Shown in pieces: positions 17,692 through 25,044 of a stretch of DNA of 52,047 nt (within the stretch, counting starts at the first letter, position 1; the number at the start of each line of letters is the position of its first letter). The stretch comes from a virus (lineage: Duplodnaviria; Caudoviricetes). The notes below the pieces were generated by a model. It did no database searches and had not been told where the DNA came from. It was given only the letters and a program-made list of their open reading frames with translations. The translations under genes and the position numbers were made by a program. The stretch is from the IMG/VR virus record IMGVR_UViG_3300042475_001650, positions 1 to 52,047 of that record. One strand, written 5' to 3'.

Positions 17692-18285
17692 CTAGTAGGG
17701 GATCTCGTCATCAAGGATCGGCTTGCTGAGGCTGGCCTTCGCCGCGTCCTTTGCGGCGATCACGAGCTCGTGCGCCGCGACGGCCGATGGCACGTTTTTC
17801 CAGCGAGCCTTGAGGTCGTCCAGACTTTCGGCGTCGCCGAGGTAAGAGATCGCCTTCCCGACTGCCTCCGCGCTCGGGCCTTGTGGCTTCTCGGCTTCGC
17901 GTTTTGGAGCCGCTGCCGAAGCGGCGTTGCCGTCGTCGTCCTCGGGCGCGATCCCGGCCATTGCCATGAGCCCGTATCTCCGGGCGTAGGTGACGGCGGA
18001 TCCAAACCCTTGCATGTCGTTCTTGCCGAGGATCAGCGGGACGCGGCAGGCGAGCTGCTCGCCGCTTTCTCCGTGGATCAAGATCGTCTCCACAAAGCTA
18101 CCGTGCTCGTCGGTGCCGGTGGGCTGGATCAAAGCAATTCCGGCCTCGTTCAGTGCCGGAAGGCAGGCGTCCATCACGTTGCCGAGATCCGCGTATTTGC
18201 TGCGAAAGTGCGGGTTGTTGGCCTGCTTGAGTGCCTTGCCCATGTTCGCCTGCGCTTTAGCGAGAGCTGTTGCTATTCCCTTCAT
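17692..18285 (-). CDS. erf: ERF-family ssDNA annealing protein
   Basis: NPHFRSKYADL, LIHGESGE, QGFGSAVTYARRY, EDDDGN. Confidence 0.93.
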   Translation of the reverse strand: MKGIATALAKAQANMGKALKQANNPHFRSKYADLGNVMDACLPALNEAGIALIQPTGTDEHGSFVETILIHGESGEQLACRVPLILGKNDMQGFGSAVTYARRYGLMAMAGIAPEDDDGNAASAAAPKREAEKPQGPSAEAVGKAISYLGDAESLDDLKARWKNVPSAVAAHELVIAAKDAAKASLSKPILDDEIPY

Positions 18286-18286
18286 T

Positions 18287-18385
18287 TTACCACCCCAGCC
18301 CGTGCCCGATCACGAGCGCGCCATAACCCACCCCAAACAAAGCCGCCGCGCCGATCGCGTCCGCGATGATGTCCCTAATCCGCAT
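18287..18385 (-). CDS. 32-aa hydrophobic membrane peptide (not in ORF track)
   Basis: MRIRDIIADAIGAAALFGVGYGALVIGHGLGW; GGAG SD; abuts erf start. Confidence 0.65.
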   Translation of the reverse strand: MRIRDIIADAIGAAALFGVGYGALVIGHGLGW

Positions 18386-18441
18386 TGTCGTTCCTCCGGT
18401 TGTTGGCGCGAGCGTTATTGCCCTATATGCGCCGGTTTCGT

Positions 18442-18675
18442 TCATTCCCAATCAAGCCCGTCGGAGAGCCCGAGAATTGCGTCTTGTAGTTCTTTCGGCA
18501 GATACGCGAGGTGCTTGACCTGAACACCAAGGATCTCGATCGAGGCAACCCGGATCGAAGTGGGGTCGATCTCCTCCCAAACCGGGGAACCGGGCACACC
18601 GTAGTCGGTGCGCTCGGTCTCGGCGGTGAAGGAGACCTCGATCTCCTCCCCTCGGTATGTGGCTGATGCGGTCAT
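18442..18675 (-). CDS. Hypothetical protein (77 aa)
   Basis: ATGA overlap with upstream ORF; DYGVPGSPVW motif. Confidence 0.65.
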   Translation of the reverse strand: MTASATYRGEEIEVSFTAETERTDYGVPGSPVWEEIDPTSIRVASIEILGVQVKHLAYLPKELQDAILGLSDGLDWE

Positions 18676-18851
18676 GCTGCCACCCATTCTAATCTCGTTT
18701 CGCCGCCGCACGTTTCGCAAATCACGGCATCAAACAAAGAGGAAAGCTCCCAACGTTGCTCGTCTTTGTTCCACGCGGCATAGGCGTCCATCAAAACCTC
18801 TGAGCCTTTGCAGTATTTGCAAACAGGGTTTTCTTTTTCGGTGTGGTTCAT
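18672..18851 (-). CDS. Zn-ribbon small protein (59 aa; not in ORF track)
   Basis: CKYC...CETC; ATGA overlaps at both ends. Confidence 0.72.
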   Translation of the reverse strand: MNHTEKENPVCKYCKGSEVLMDAYAAWNKDEQRWELSSLFDAVICETCGGETRLEWVAA

Positions 18852-19048
18852 GCTGCGACCCTCTCGCGCAAGGCCCGCACACGCTCCGTTGCATCCGCCA
18901 TCGTTTCTGCAATCTCAATCGTGCCGCGCTCGTCGGCCAGCACGATGAACGTATCGCCAAAGCGCGAGGCGCGTTCGATCATCCGAAGCGTGCCGTGCTC
19001 GTCGGCCAAAGCAATTGCGAGGCAAGAAGAAGAAAGAGAAAAAGCCAT
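18848..19048 (-). CDS. Hypothetical protein, first gene of leftward operon
   Basis: GGGAGG SD upstream. Confidence 0.7.
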   Translation of the reverse strand: MAFSLSSSCLAIALADEHGTLRMIERASRFGDTFIVLADERGTIEIAETMADATERVRALRERVAA

Positions 19049-19139
19049 CAGAACCTCCCGTGTCCGTGCGCTGCTCGGCGGGTTTGCCGCGCTTTGCGCT
19101 GTGTTTCTTGTGACTTTTTTCTAGCTTGGTTCCGTGTCG

Positions 19140-19194
19140 ATTGAAAGCGAAATCTTGCGATGGACGCAAGAAAAGCGCCGGGATAAGATATGGC
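19140..19194. promoter_or_regulatory. Overlapping divergent sigma70-like promoters with palindromic operator TCTTGCG-N5-CGCAAGA (19153..19171)
   Basis: Plus: TGGACG-N17-TAAGAT; minus: TTGCGT-N18-TTCAAT; perfect 7-bp inverted repeat covers both -35 boxes. Confidence 0.65.
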
Positions 19195-19398
19195 ATGGAA
19201 AACAAACCCGCCCGCATCGCCCTCGCGGATCACATCCGGTCTATGGGCTTGAAAAAACAGGACTTCGCAAAGATCGTCGGGGTTCGCAGCGATCATCTTT
19301 CCCGGTGGCTCTCCGGGACCGTCCGGCCCGAACGGCCGACGCGGAAGTATATCGCCTTCATTACGAACGGATCCGTCGGCGAGGACGATTGGGAATGA
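19195..19398 (+). CDS. Cro/XRE-like HTH regulator (67 aa), probably leaderless
   Basis: KQDFAKIVGVRSDHLSRWLSGTVRP HTH; ATG follows the -10 box by 5 nt, no SD. Confidence 0.82.
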   Translation: MENKPARIALADHIRSMGLKKQDFAKIVGVRSDHLSRWLSGTVRPERPTRKYIAFITNGSVGEDDWE

Positions 19399-19790
19399 AG
19401 ATTGTGCCCAGCGGGTTCCGGCGCGGATCAAAGAATAAATATGGCGCGAAGCCGACGCAGATCGGGGACATCACGTTCGACAGCAAGCTCGAAGCCCAGC
19501 GATGGTGCGAGCTCCAACTCCTCGAGCGGGGCCGGGAGATCTCGGATCTTCGGCGGCAGGTGGCGATCGAGCTCCTGGGTCAGTTTCGCCCGCTATTCAC
19601 GCGCACCGGGCGCAAGATGAAGCTAACGTTCGACTTCGCCTATATCGAGGACGGCGTGCAGATCTATGAAGATGCTAAGGGGATGCCGACGCGCGACTAT
19701 GAGGTCCGCGTGGCCGTGGCCCGCGCGATGGGTCTCGAGATCCGCGAGGTGACAAAAACAAAGCTGGAACCGACCGGCAGACGAAGGTAA
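19395..19790 (+). CDS. DUF1064-family PD-(D/E)xK endonuclease
   Basis: NKYGAKPT..GDITFDSKLEA, DFAY, EDAKG. Confidence 0.85.
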   Translation: MKIVPSGFRRGSKNKYGAKPTQIGDITFDSKLEAQRWCELQLLERGREISDLRRQVAIELLGQFRPLFTRTGRKMKLTFDFAYIEDGVQIYEDAKGMPTRDYEVRVAVARAMGLEIREVTKTKLEPTGRRR

Positions 19791-19796
19791 AGTATC

Positions 19797-19914
19797 GGTG
19801 CGGGGAGCGTTCTGGCAGGCGCTCGACCCGCACCAATGCCGCAGCGGGGGAGAAACCGCTGATCTCGGCAAAGCGCATGGAAGGGATGCGCTGCTCGCAA
19901 GATAGCATTGCGGG
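19797..19914. ncRNA. Candidate structured RNA (3-4 tandem hairpins) upstream of replication initiator
   Basis: Stems 19797-19834, 19838-19869, 19872-19892, 19894-19914; minus-strand promoter TTGTGG-N18-TATCTT. Confidence 0.5.
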
Positions 19915-19947
19915 TGGTGTCTCCACAACAATAAAGGAGGTGCCAAG

Positions 19948-20664
19948 ATGCACAGTTTCGATCCACAGATAGCAGCGCGCGTCGGCGTCAATGCTGCCGT
20001 GCTTTATCAGAATATAGTCTGGTGGTGCGCTAAGAACGCCGCGAACAGACATAACCAGCACGACGGCAGGTTCTGGACCTACAACAGCGTCAAGGCATGG
20101 GCAGAGCTCTTTCCGTATCTCTCAGCGAAACAGATCAGATCTTCGCTCGATCGGCTGGAGGAGGAGAAGCTGATTTTGTCAGGATGCTTTAACGCCTCGG
20201 CCTATGATCGGACCAAATGGTATTGCCCAGAGACGCAACCCGATTTGCCCATAAAGGCAAATGAAGTTGACCTACTGGGCGAACCAATACCAGATATTAA
20301 CCCAGATATAAAACCAGATCTTAAAACACGAGGGGAGCAGATCCAGATCTCGGCGACGTTATCGCTTTGGGCTTCTCCAGAGGCCGTTGCGAGCTTCATC
20401 GCTTATCGCAAGCGGTCTAAGGCAAAGGCGCTGACCGTCACCGCAGCCAAGAGGCTAGCGGCAAACCTTCAGGAAATATTCAACGCCGGTGGAGATACGG
20501 ATGACGCACTTGGTCTCGCAGAAGAACGCGGTTGGCAATCAATCAAGCCGGAGTGGTATTTCAACGACAAGCAGCGAGCTCAGCGAGGAGCAGATCGACA
20601 AGGGTCTGGAATGGCTGCGGCGTTTGCCGCAGTTGCCGCGCGATCAACTCCCCGCGAAGGTTGA
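19948..20664 (+). CDS. Phage replication initiator (HTH N-terminus)
   Basis: AAGGAGG SD; VGVNAAVL, FWTYNSVKAW.ELFPY, AYDRTKWY; internal iteron-like repeats. Confidence 0.8.
   Translation: MHSFDPQIAARVGVNAAVLYQNIVWWCAKNAANRHNQHDGRFWTYNSVKAWAELFPYLSAKQIRSSLDRLEEEKLILSGCFNASAYDRTKWYCPETQPDLPIKANEVDLLGEPIPDINPDIKPDLKTRGEQIQISATLSLWASPEAVASFIAYRKRSKAKALTVTAAKRLAANLQEIFNAGGDTDDALGLAEERGWQSIKPEWYFNDKQRAQRGADRQGSGMAAAFAAVAARSTPREG
20223..20324 (+). repeat. Candidate replication origin: three 16-bp palindromic iterons plus three AT-rich 12-mers
   Basis: TTGCCC-N4-GGGCAA-like sites at 20223, 20245, 20267 (22-bp period); (A/C)CCAGAT(A/C)TWAA x3 at 20289-20324. Confidence 0.6.
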
Positions 20665-21088
20665 CGTCGAGCGCGTCTCGGGCAGGCTGCTCGTGCCAAC
20701 GGATCCCGTTTGGTGCCTTGCCCGCGTCGCAGCCCTTCTCCTGCCATACTACGAGAAGGACACGCCGCAGGCCGTGCGCGAGATGGAGGCCGAGGATTGG
20801 CGCGAGGCGCTGGGCGAGTTCCCACGCTGGGCGATCGAGCGAGCCGTTCGCTGGTGGAAAAGCGACGCAAACCCAGATCGGCGAAAGCGGCCGCTCGAGG
20901 GCGATATTGCCGCTCGATGCCGTGTCGAGATGAACGGCGTGCCATCGGCCGTCCAGATGCTCGAGCTTCGTCGCAATGGCCGAGACTTCTCGACGCCGCA
21001 GCTCCCGCGCGAGAGGATCTCGGCAGAACGCGCGGCCGAGATCTTGGCCGAGGCAGGATTATCGCCGCAAAGGATGCCGCAAGAATGA
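20501..21088 (+). CDS. Putative helicase loader (lambda P-like position)
   Basis: EDWREALGEFPRWAIERAVRWW..KRP.EGDI; follows and overlaps initiator; start uncertain. Confidence 0.55.
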   Translation: MTHLVSQKNAVGNQSSRSGISTTSSELSEEQIDKGLEWLRRLPQLPRDQLPAKVDVERVSGRLLVPTDPVWCLARVAALLLPYYEKDTPQAVREMEAEDWREALGEFPRWAIERAVRWWKSDANPDRRKRPLEGDIAARCRVEMNGVPSAVQMLELRRNGRDFSTPQLPRERISAERAAEILAEAGLSPQRMPQE

Positions 21089-21090
21089 GA

Positions 21091-21125
21091 TTGATCTCAT
21101 GCCATCTGCGTGGCATTGTGTGAGC
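21091..21125 (+). promoter_or_regulatory. Promoter of HNH gene (leaderless)
   Basis: TTGATC-N17-CATTGT-N6-ATG. Confidence 0.5.
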
Positions 21126-21593
21126 ATGAGAAAGCACATCAAAAACAAATATGCTCGCTTTTTGGCCAAGGTTTCCGTGCGGGACTTTGCGTCGGATGAG
21201 TGCTGGCAGTGGACTGGGGCCACAAAGGGCAATGGATATGGCCACCTCACACTTGAAAGGAAAAGTGTTCCGGCACACCGGGCCGCTTATATGCTTTTCG
21301 TCGGTGAAATTCATGAAGGTTCTGACGTTTGCCACACATGCGATAATCGATCGTGTGTGAACCCAGATCACCTTTTCATCGGAACCAGAAAACAGAACAT
21401 GGAAGACATGTCCGCCAAGGGGCGTGGCGCTGGCGGCGTTCGGAAGCACCTTACGGAAGCAATTGTGCAGGAGATCAGGCTTCGGCTTGCCTCAGGTCAC
21501 AGCCCTCGGAAAATCGCAAACTCAATGCGCGTCAACTATTCAACTGTTGTCGCCATCAAAGCAGGGAGGTCCTATGTCGGGATCAGTAAATAA
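21126..21593 (+). CDS. HNH endonuclease (free-standing homing-type)
   Basis: [38 protein letters not shown]-terminal HTH; lower GC. Confidence 0.9.
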   Translation: MRKHIKNKYARFLAKVSVRDFASDECWQWTGATKGNGYGHLTLERKSVPAHRAAYMLFVGEIHEGSDVCHTCDNRSCVNPDHLFIGTRKQNMEDMSAKGRGAGGVRKHLTEAIVQEIRLRLASGHSPRKIANSMRVNYSTVVAIKAGRSYVGISK

Positions 21594-22014
21594 AGTTACA
21601 ATCCTCGGAAACCTCGGGCGCGATCCAGAGGTTAGGTCATTTCAAAACGGCGGAAAGGTTTGCAACCTGCGCGTGGCGACCAGCGAAACTTGGCGCGACA
21701 AGCAGTCCGGCGAACGCAAAGAGCGTGTCGAATGGCATAGCGTTTCGATCATGGTCGAAGGCCTAGTGAAGATCGCGGAGCAGTATCTTCGCAAGGGGTC
21801 TAAGGTCTATATCGAGGGCCAACTTGAAACCCGCAAGTGGCAGGATCAGTCTGGCTCAGATCGCTACAGCACCGAGATTGTGCTTCGTCCTTTCAACGGA
21901 TCTCTGGTGCTTCTCGATAAGCGCGAAGGCGATGGTGGATCGCGTGACGAGCAGGCTAGTGAATATGACCAACCCGCGCCGCGCAATGATCTCGACGATG
22001 AGATCCCGTTCTGA
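21574..22014 (+). CDS. ssb: Single-stranded DNA-binding protein
   Basis: [38 protein letters not shown] tail. Confidence 0.97.
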   Translation: MSGSVNKVTILGNLGRDPEVRSFQNGGKVCNLRVATSETWRDKQSGERKERVEWHSVSIMVEGLVKIAEQYLRKGSKVYIEGQLETRKWQDQSGSDRYSTEIVLRPFNGSLVLLDKREGDGGSRDEQASEYDQPAPRNDLDDEIPF

Positions 22015-22232
22015 TGGCGCAGATCGACATCACAAAGCAGCGCACGGGCATGTTCGTTCATGCCCTTGCGGATGCCCAGCCGGGCGACGAGATCATCTAT
22101 CACGTCGGCGAATATGCGGGCGGGTGCCACAAGCACGACGCGGCCGCAGCGGCGGAGGCAAAGCTCTGCCTGCTTTACCAGCGCCGAGCTGGAAAGCTCT
22201 TTGCCTATATCGCCCGGAAGCCGCTCAAATGA
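22014..22232 (+). CDS. Hypothetical protein
   Basis: TGATG coupling; AQPGDEIIYHVG. Confidence 0.7.
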   Translation: MAQIDITKQRTGMFVHALADAQPGDEIIYHVGEYAGGCHKHDAAAAAEAKLCLLYQRRAGKLFAYIARKPLK

Positions 22233-22477
22233 AAGCGTGGCGCGAGGGAGACGCGATCGGTGTTGGCGAGGTTTACTTGCCAACGCAGAAGATCCGGGAC
22301 GCCTATGGCAAGGCGTGCCGGGATGCGCAAATCGACAGCGCAGCGGCTCATGCGATCGAGCTCTCGACGCTCGCGGCGCGACGGGAGTTTATCGAAACCT
22401 ATCCGGCGGCTCGGCGCGACGCGCTCAAAGCCCGGATCAAAATTCTTTGGGAGAAGAAAAATGTGGCTACTTCGTAA
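22229..22477 (+). CDS. Hypothetical protein (82 aa)
   Basis: ATGA overlap. Confidence 0.62.
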   Translation: MKAWREGDAIGVGEVYLPTQKIRDAYGKACRDAQIDSAAAHAIELSTLAARREFIETYPAARRDALKARIKILWEKKNVATS

Positions 22478-22679
22478 GAAGCATGAGGAGCTGCCGCACA
22501 GAGACGTGCAGGCAGAGGCGGCACTGGCGATCAACAACGCGGCGCAGGTTCTGCCAGCAGGGCGTTTCATGGCCCTCGTTTACTGGGCCATCGTGGAGAA
22601 TCGCCAGATCAGCGTCGAGGACATCGACGCGCTGGCCAACCGCCTGTCGCGGGCGGCTTGGGAACGGGGGCGGAAATGA
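22461..22679 (+). CDS. Hypothetical protein (72 aa)
   Basis: GGAG SD; operon context. Confidence 0.62.
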   Translation: MWLLRKKHEELPHRDVQAEAALAINNAAQVLPAGRFMALVYWAIVENRQISVEDIDALANRLSRAAWERGRK

Positions 22680-22744
22680 CCTGCCCACCCTGCACACACG
22701 ACTGCAACCAAGGCCGAGATTGCCCACTGAGGAGGCCGAAATGA
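22676..22744 (+). CDS. 22-aa Cys-rich micro-peptide MTCPPCTHDCNQGRDCPLRRPK
   Basis: Exactly fills the gap with ATGA overlaps at both ends. Confidence 0.6.
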   Translation: MTCPPCTHDCNQGRDCPLRRPK

Positions 22745-23154
22745 ATGACGAAGAACTGGTGAAGCGGCTGCGAAGGTATGCAAAGGATCAGGGTGGCTGG
22801 CATAACATTGACGACACTTGCGAAGAGGCCGCCGACCGCATCGAAGCCCTGACCGCCGAGCGTGACGATCATTGGAAGTCGTTTGTGCATTGGCGGAAAG
22901 AAGCGGACGACCGCGCCGAGCAACTCGAAGCCGCCCGTGCTGACGCCAAGGAGGCCGAGGCATATGCGGAGGAGTTGGAGAAGGAAAACGAGAGACTTCG
23001 TCGCACGATAGGTGCAGCAGGTAAACTTGGCCGTATCATCGGTTTCCTTGGCGACGATGAGGAACGCATTGCCGCTTTTCTGGAAGCCTGCGGACCTGAA
23101 CTAATCAATAGCGCCCGCGTCACGCTGGCCGAGATTGAGGGAGGGAAGGGATGA
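22741..23154 (+). CDS. Coiled-coil hypothetical protein (EAADRIEAL motif)
   Basis: GAGGAGG SD; ELVKRLR and EAADRIE motifs. Confidence 0.7.
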   Translation: MNDEELVKRLRRYAKDQGGWHNIDDTCEEAADRIEALTAERDDHWKSFVHWRKEADDRAEQLEAARADAKEAEAYAEELEKENERLRRTIGAAGKLGRIIGFLGDDEERIAAFLEACGPELINSARVTLAEIEGGKG

Positions 23155-23355
23155 GTGCCTTGACCACCTTCGACCGAGAGATACTGAGAGAGATTGCCGA
23201 TCCGGGTTCTGTCGGTGGCCTGAGTTGGGGCGCTGCGATGGGCGTGTCCCTTGAGTGGCTGCAGGGCCACGGCTACGTCACCAGAGGACCGTTCCCGCAG
23301 ATCACGGACAAGGGCCGCACCACGCTGGCCGAGATTGAGGGAGAGAAGGGATGAG
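23121..23355 (+). repeat. 35-bp direct repeat pair (23121-23155 / 23321-23355)
   Basis: CACGCTGGCCGAGATTGAGGGAG(G/A)GAAGGGATGAG, 34/35 identical. Confidence 0.95.
23151..23354 (+). CDS. Hypothetical small winged-helix-like protein
   Basis: LEWLQGHGYVT..ITDKGR; bounded by the direct repeat. Confidence 0.65.
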   Translation: MSALTTFDREILREIADPGSVGGLSWGAAMGVSLEWLQGHGYVTRGPFPQITDKGRTTLAEIEGEKG

Positions 23356-23659
23356 CAGTCTAAAACTATACAGAACGACCAAAGGCGAGATGGAGCGAAT
23401 TTTGTGCGACATCACCTATCCGCATCCTGTCTACTTCGACCGACCTTCTAAGCGGCTTGCAAAGCATGATCTCAAGGCAATGCTGCACGAGCGGGCGGAG
23501 GAGGCCAAACGCATCATTGATATGATGGAGCGCATGGCCGAGGCTAATGTCGAGAACGCGAGGCTTCGAGATTATATCAACGCTCTGCATGACTTTCACA
23601 ACGCGTTTGGTTTTTTCACTACGGAAGCGCCCGGCAGGCCGCATCTATGGGAGGTGTAA
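23351..23659 (+). CDS. Hypothetical protein
   Basis: SD and start supplied by the repeat. Confidence 0.65.
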   Translation: MSSLKLYRTTKGEMERILCDITYPHPVYFDRPSKRLAKHDLKAMLHERAEEAKRIIDMMERMAEANVENARLRDYINALHDFHNAFGFFTTEAPGRPHLWEV

Positions 23660-23662
23660 GCG

Positions 23663-23875
23663 ATGCCAAAATATCTTACCGAGAACGACGTGGCTTCCAT
23701 GCTCCTCGAGCTGGCCAGAAATCGAACGCAGGCTGCGCTTGCCGAGGAGATCGGAGTTTCTCGCAGCTTTCTAAACGAGGTCATTCGAGGAAATCGCGCG
23801 CCCACCGGCGAGATCCTCCGCTTTCTCAACCTGCACCGGAAGGTGATTTATATCAGCTTGGAGCCGACAAAATGA
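23663..23875 (+). CDS. XRE-family HTH protein
   Basis: TQAALAEEIGVSRSFLNEVIRGNRAP; GGAGG SD. Confidence 0.85.
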   Translation: MPKYLTENDVASMLLELARNRTQAALAEEIGVSRSFLNEVIRGNRAPTGEILRFLNLHRKVIYISLEPTK

Positions 23876-24354
23876 ATGATTACCGCGTCGTCGGGATCCA
23901 CCCGATCTATCGCTCCGGCTCCGTCCGGCGCTGGCACGCAAACCCAGACGTCCCGGCCCAGACACTCGCCGACCATCAAGGCCGCGTCGCGCAGATCATC
24001 TTCTTCTTCTGGCCGGATGCTTCTGTGGATCTAATCTACGCCGCGCTGCACCACGATTGCGGAGAGCTTTACGTCGGGGACGTTCCGGGACCGATCAAGG
24101 AGCAAAACTCCGCTTTGGCTTTCACCGTGTCGCAGGCGGAAAAACATGCCAGAGCAAAGATGGAGATCCGCCCGATCGACGGCCGCGACCATCGCTTGCG
24201 GTTCGCCGATCATCTCGAGGCCTATACTTACGTCGCACTGCGGAACCCGCTCGTCCTCGCCGATGCGGAGTGGATCCGCGCGCTCCACGAGCTGGGCGTG
24301 ATCGCGGGGAACCTCGGCGTGGCTGATCGGCTCGCCGAGTGGTGGCAGAGGTGA
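23872..24354 (+). CDS. HD-domain phosphohydrolase (YfbR/DatZ-like)
   Basis: VRRWH, QTLADH, ALHHDCGELYVGDVP, ADHLE. Confidence 0.85.
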   Translation: MNDYRVVGIHPIYRSGSVRRWHANPDVPAQTLADHQGRVAQIIFFFWPDASVDLIYAALHHDCGELYVGDVPGPIKEQNSALAFTVSQAEKHARAKMEIRPIDGRDHRLRFADHLEAYTYVALRNPLVLADAEWIRALHELGVIAGNLGVADRLAEWWQR

Positions 24355-24358
24355 ACGC

Positions 24359-24394
24359 TTGCGAAACTTGCGCGAGACGCATATGATTTTCGCA
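24359..24394 (+). promoter_or_regulatory. sigma70-like promoter with operator-like CTTGCG-N5-CGCA in spacer
   Basis: TTGCGA-N17-TATGAT; site 24367-24381 resembles the 19153 palindrome. Confidence 0.62.
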
Positions 24395-24432
24395 TCCGCC
24401 CAGCATTGGATCCGGGCGACCACGGGGGAAGC

Positions 24433-25044
24433 ATGAGCCTTATCTTCGAGAACTGGCCGATCGATCGCCTTGTTTTTTATGCGCGAAACCCGCGCAAAAA
24501 CGACCACGCCGTCGATAAGGTCGCGGCCGCGATCCGGGAGTTTGGCTTCCGCGTTCCAATCTGCGCCAAGAGCGACGGAACCGTCGTGGACGGCCACCTC
24601 CGCCTCAAGGCGGCAAAGAAGCTCGGGCTGGCCGAGGTGCCGGTCGTGCTGGCCGATGATATGAGCGAAGCGCAGATCAAAGCGTTCCGCCTTAGCGTCA
24701 ACAAGATGGCCGAGCTCGCCGAGTGGGACACCGAGCTTTTGCGCCTCGAGTTCTTGGATCTTGAGGGAGATGGCTTCGACCTCGAGCTTACTGGCTTCGA
24801 TGCGGACGAGATTGCGGAGCTGCAATTTGACGACGATGCCGAAACCGACATGCCGGAGCTTGCCGAGGGCGATCGGGAGCCTTTCCAAGACATGACGTTC
24901 AATCTCCACGACGACCAAGCCGAGGTCGTGAAAGAAGCGATCGCAAAGTCAAAAGCGATGGGCGACTTTGGCGATACCGGAAACGAGAACTCGAACGCGA
25001 ACGCTCTCGCCCGCATTTGCGAGGTTTTCAATGGTCTCCGCTAA
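24433..25044 (+). CDS. ParB/Srx N-terminal domain protein
   Basis: YARNPRKND, IREFGFRVPI, VDGHLRLKAAKKLG; no methyltransferase motifs follow. Confidence 0.85.
   Translation: MSLIFENWPIDRLVFYARNPRKNDHAVDKVAAAIREFGFRVPICAKSDGTVVDGHLRLKAAKKLGLAEVPVVLADDMSEAQIKAFRLSVNKMAELAEWDTELLRLEFLDLEGDGFDLELTGFDADEIAELQFDDDAETDMPELAEGDREPFQDMTFNLHDDQAEVVKEAIAKSKAMGDFGDTGNENSNANALARICEVFNGLR

Noticed and set aside
19797-19914. tRNA or CRISPR array
   Set aside because: No TTCGA T-loop or acceptor stem here, and no repeat-spacer periodicity seen anywhere in the window
23872-24354. Z-base (2-aminoadenine) system from DatZ-like HD gene
   Set aside because: No PurZ, MazZ or DNA polymerase gene in the complete unit
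24433-25044. Plasmid-prophage partition system
   Set aside because: Only the ParB N-terminal domain, in the pre-terminase position; no ParA, HTH or protelomerase recognised
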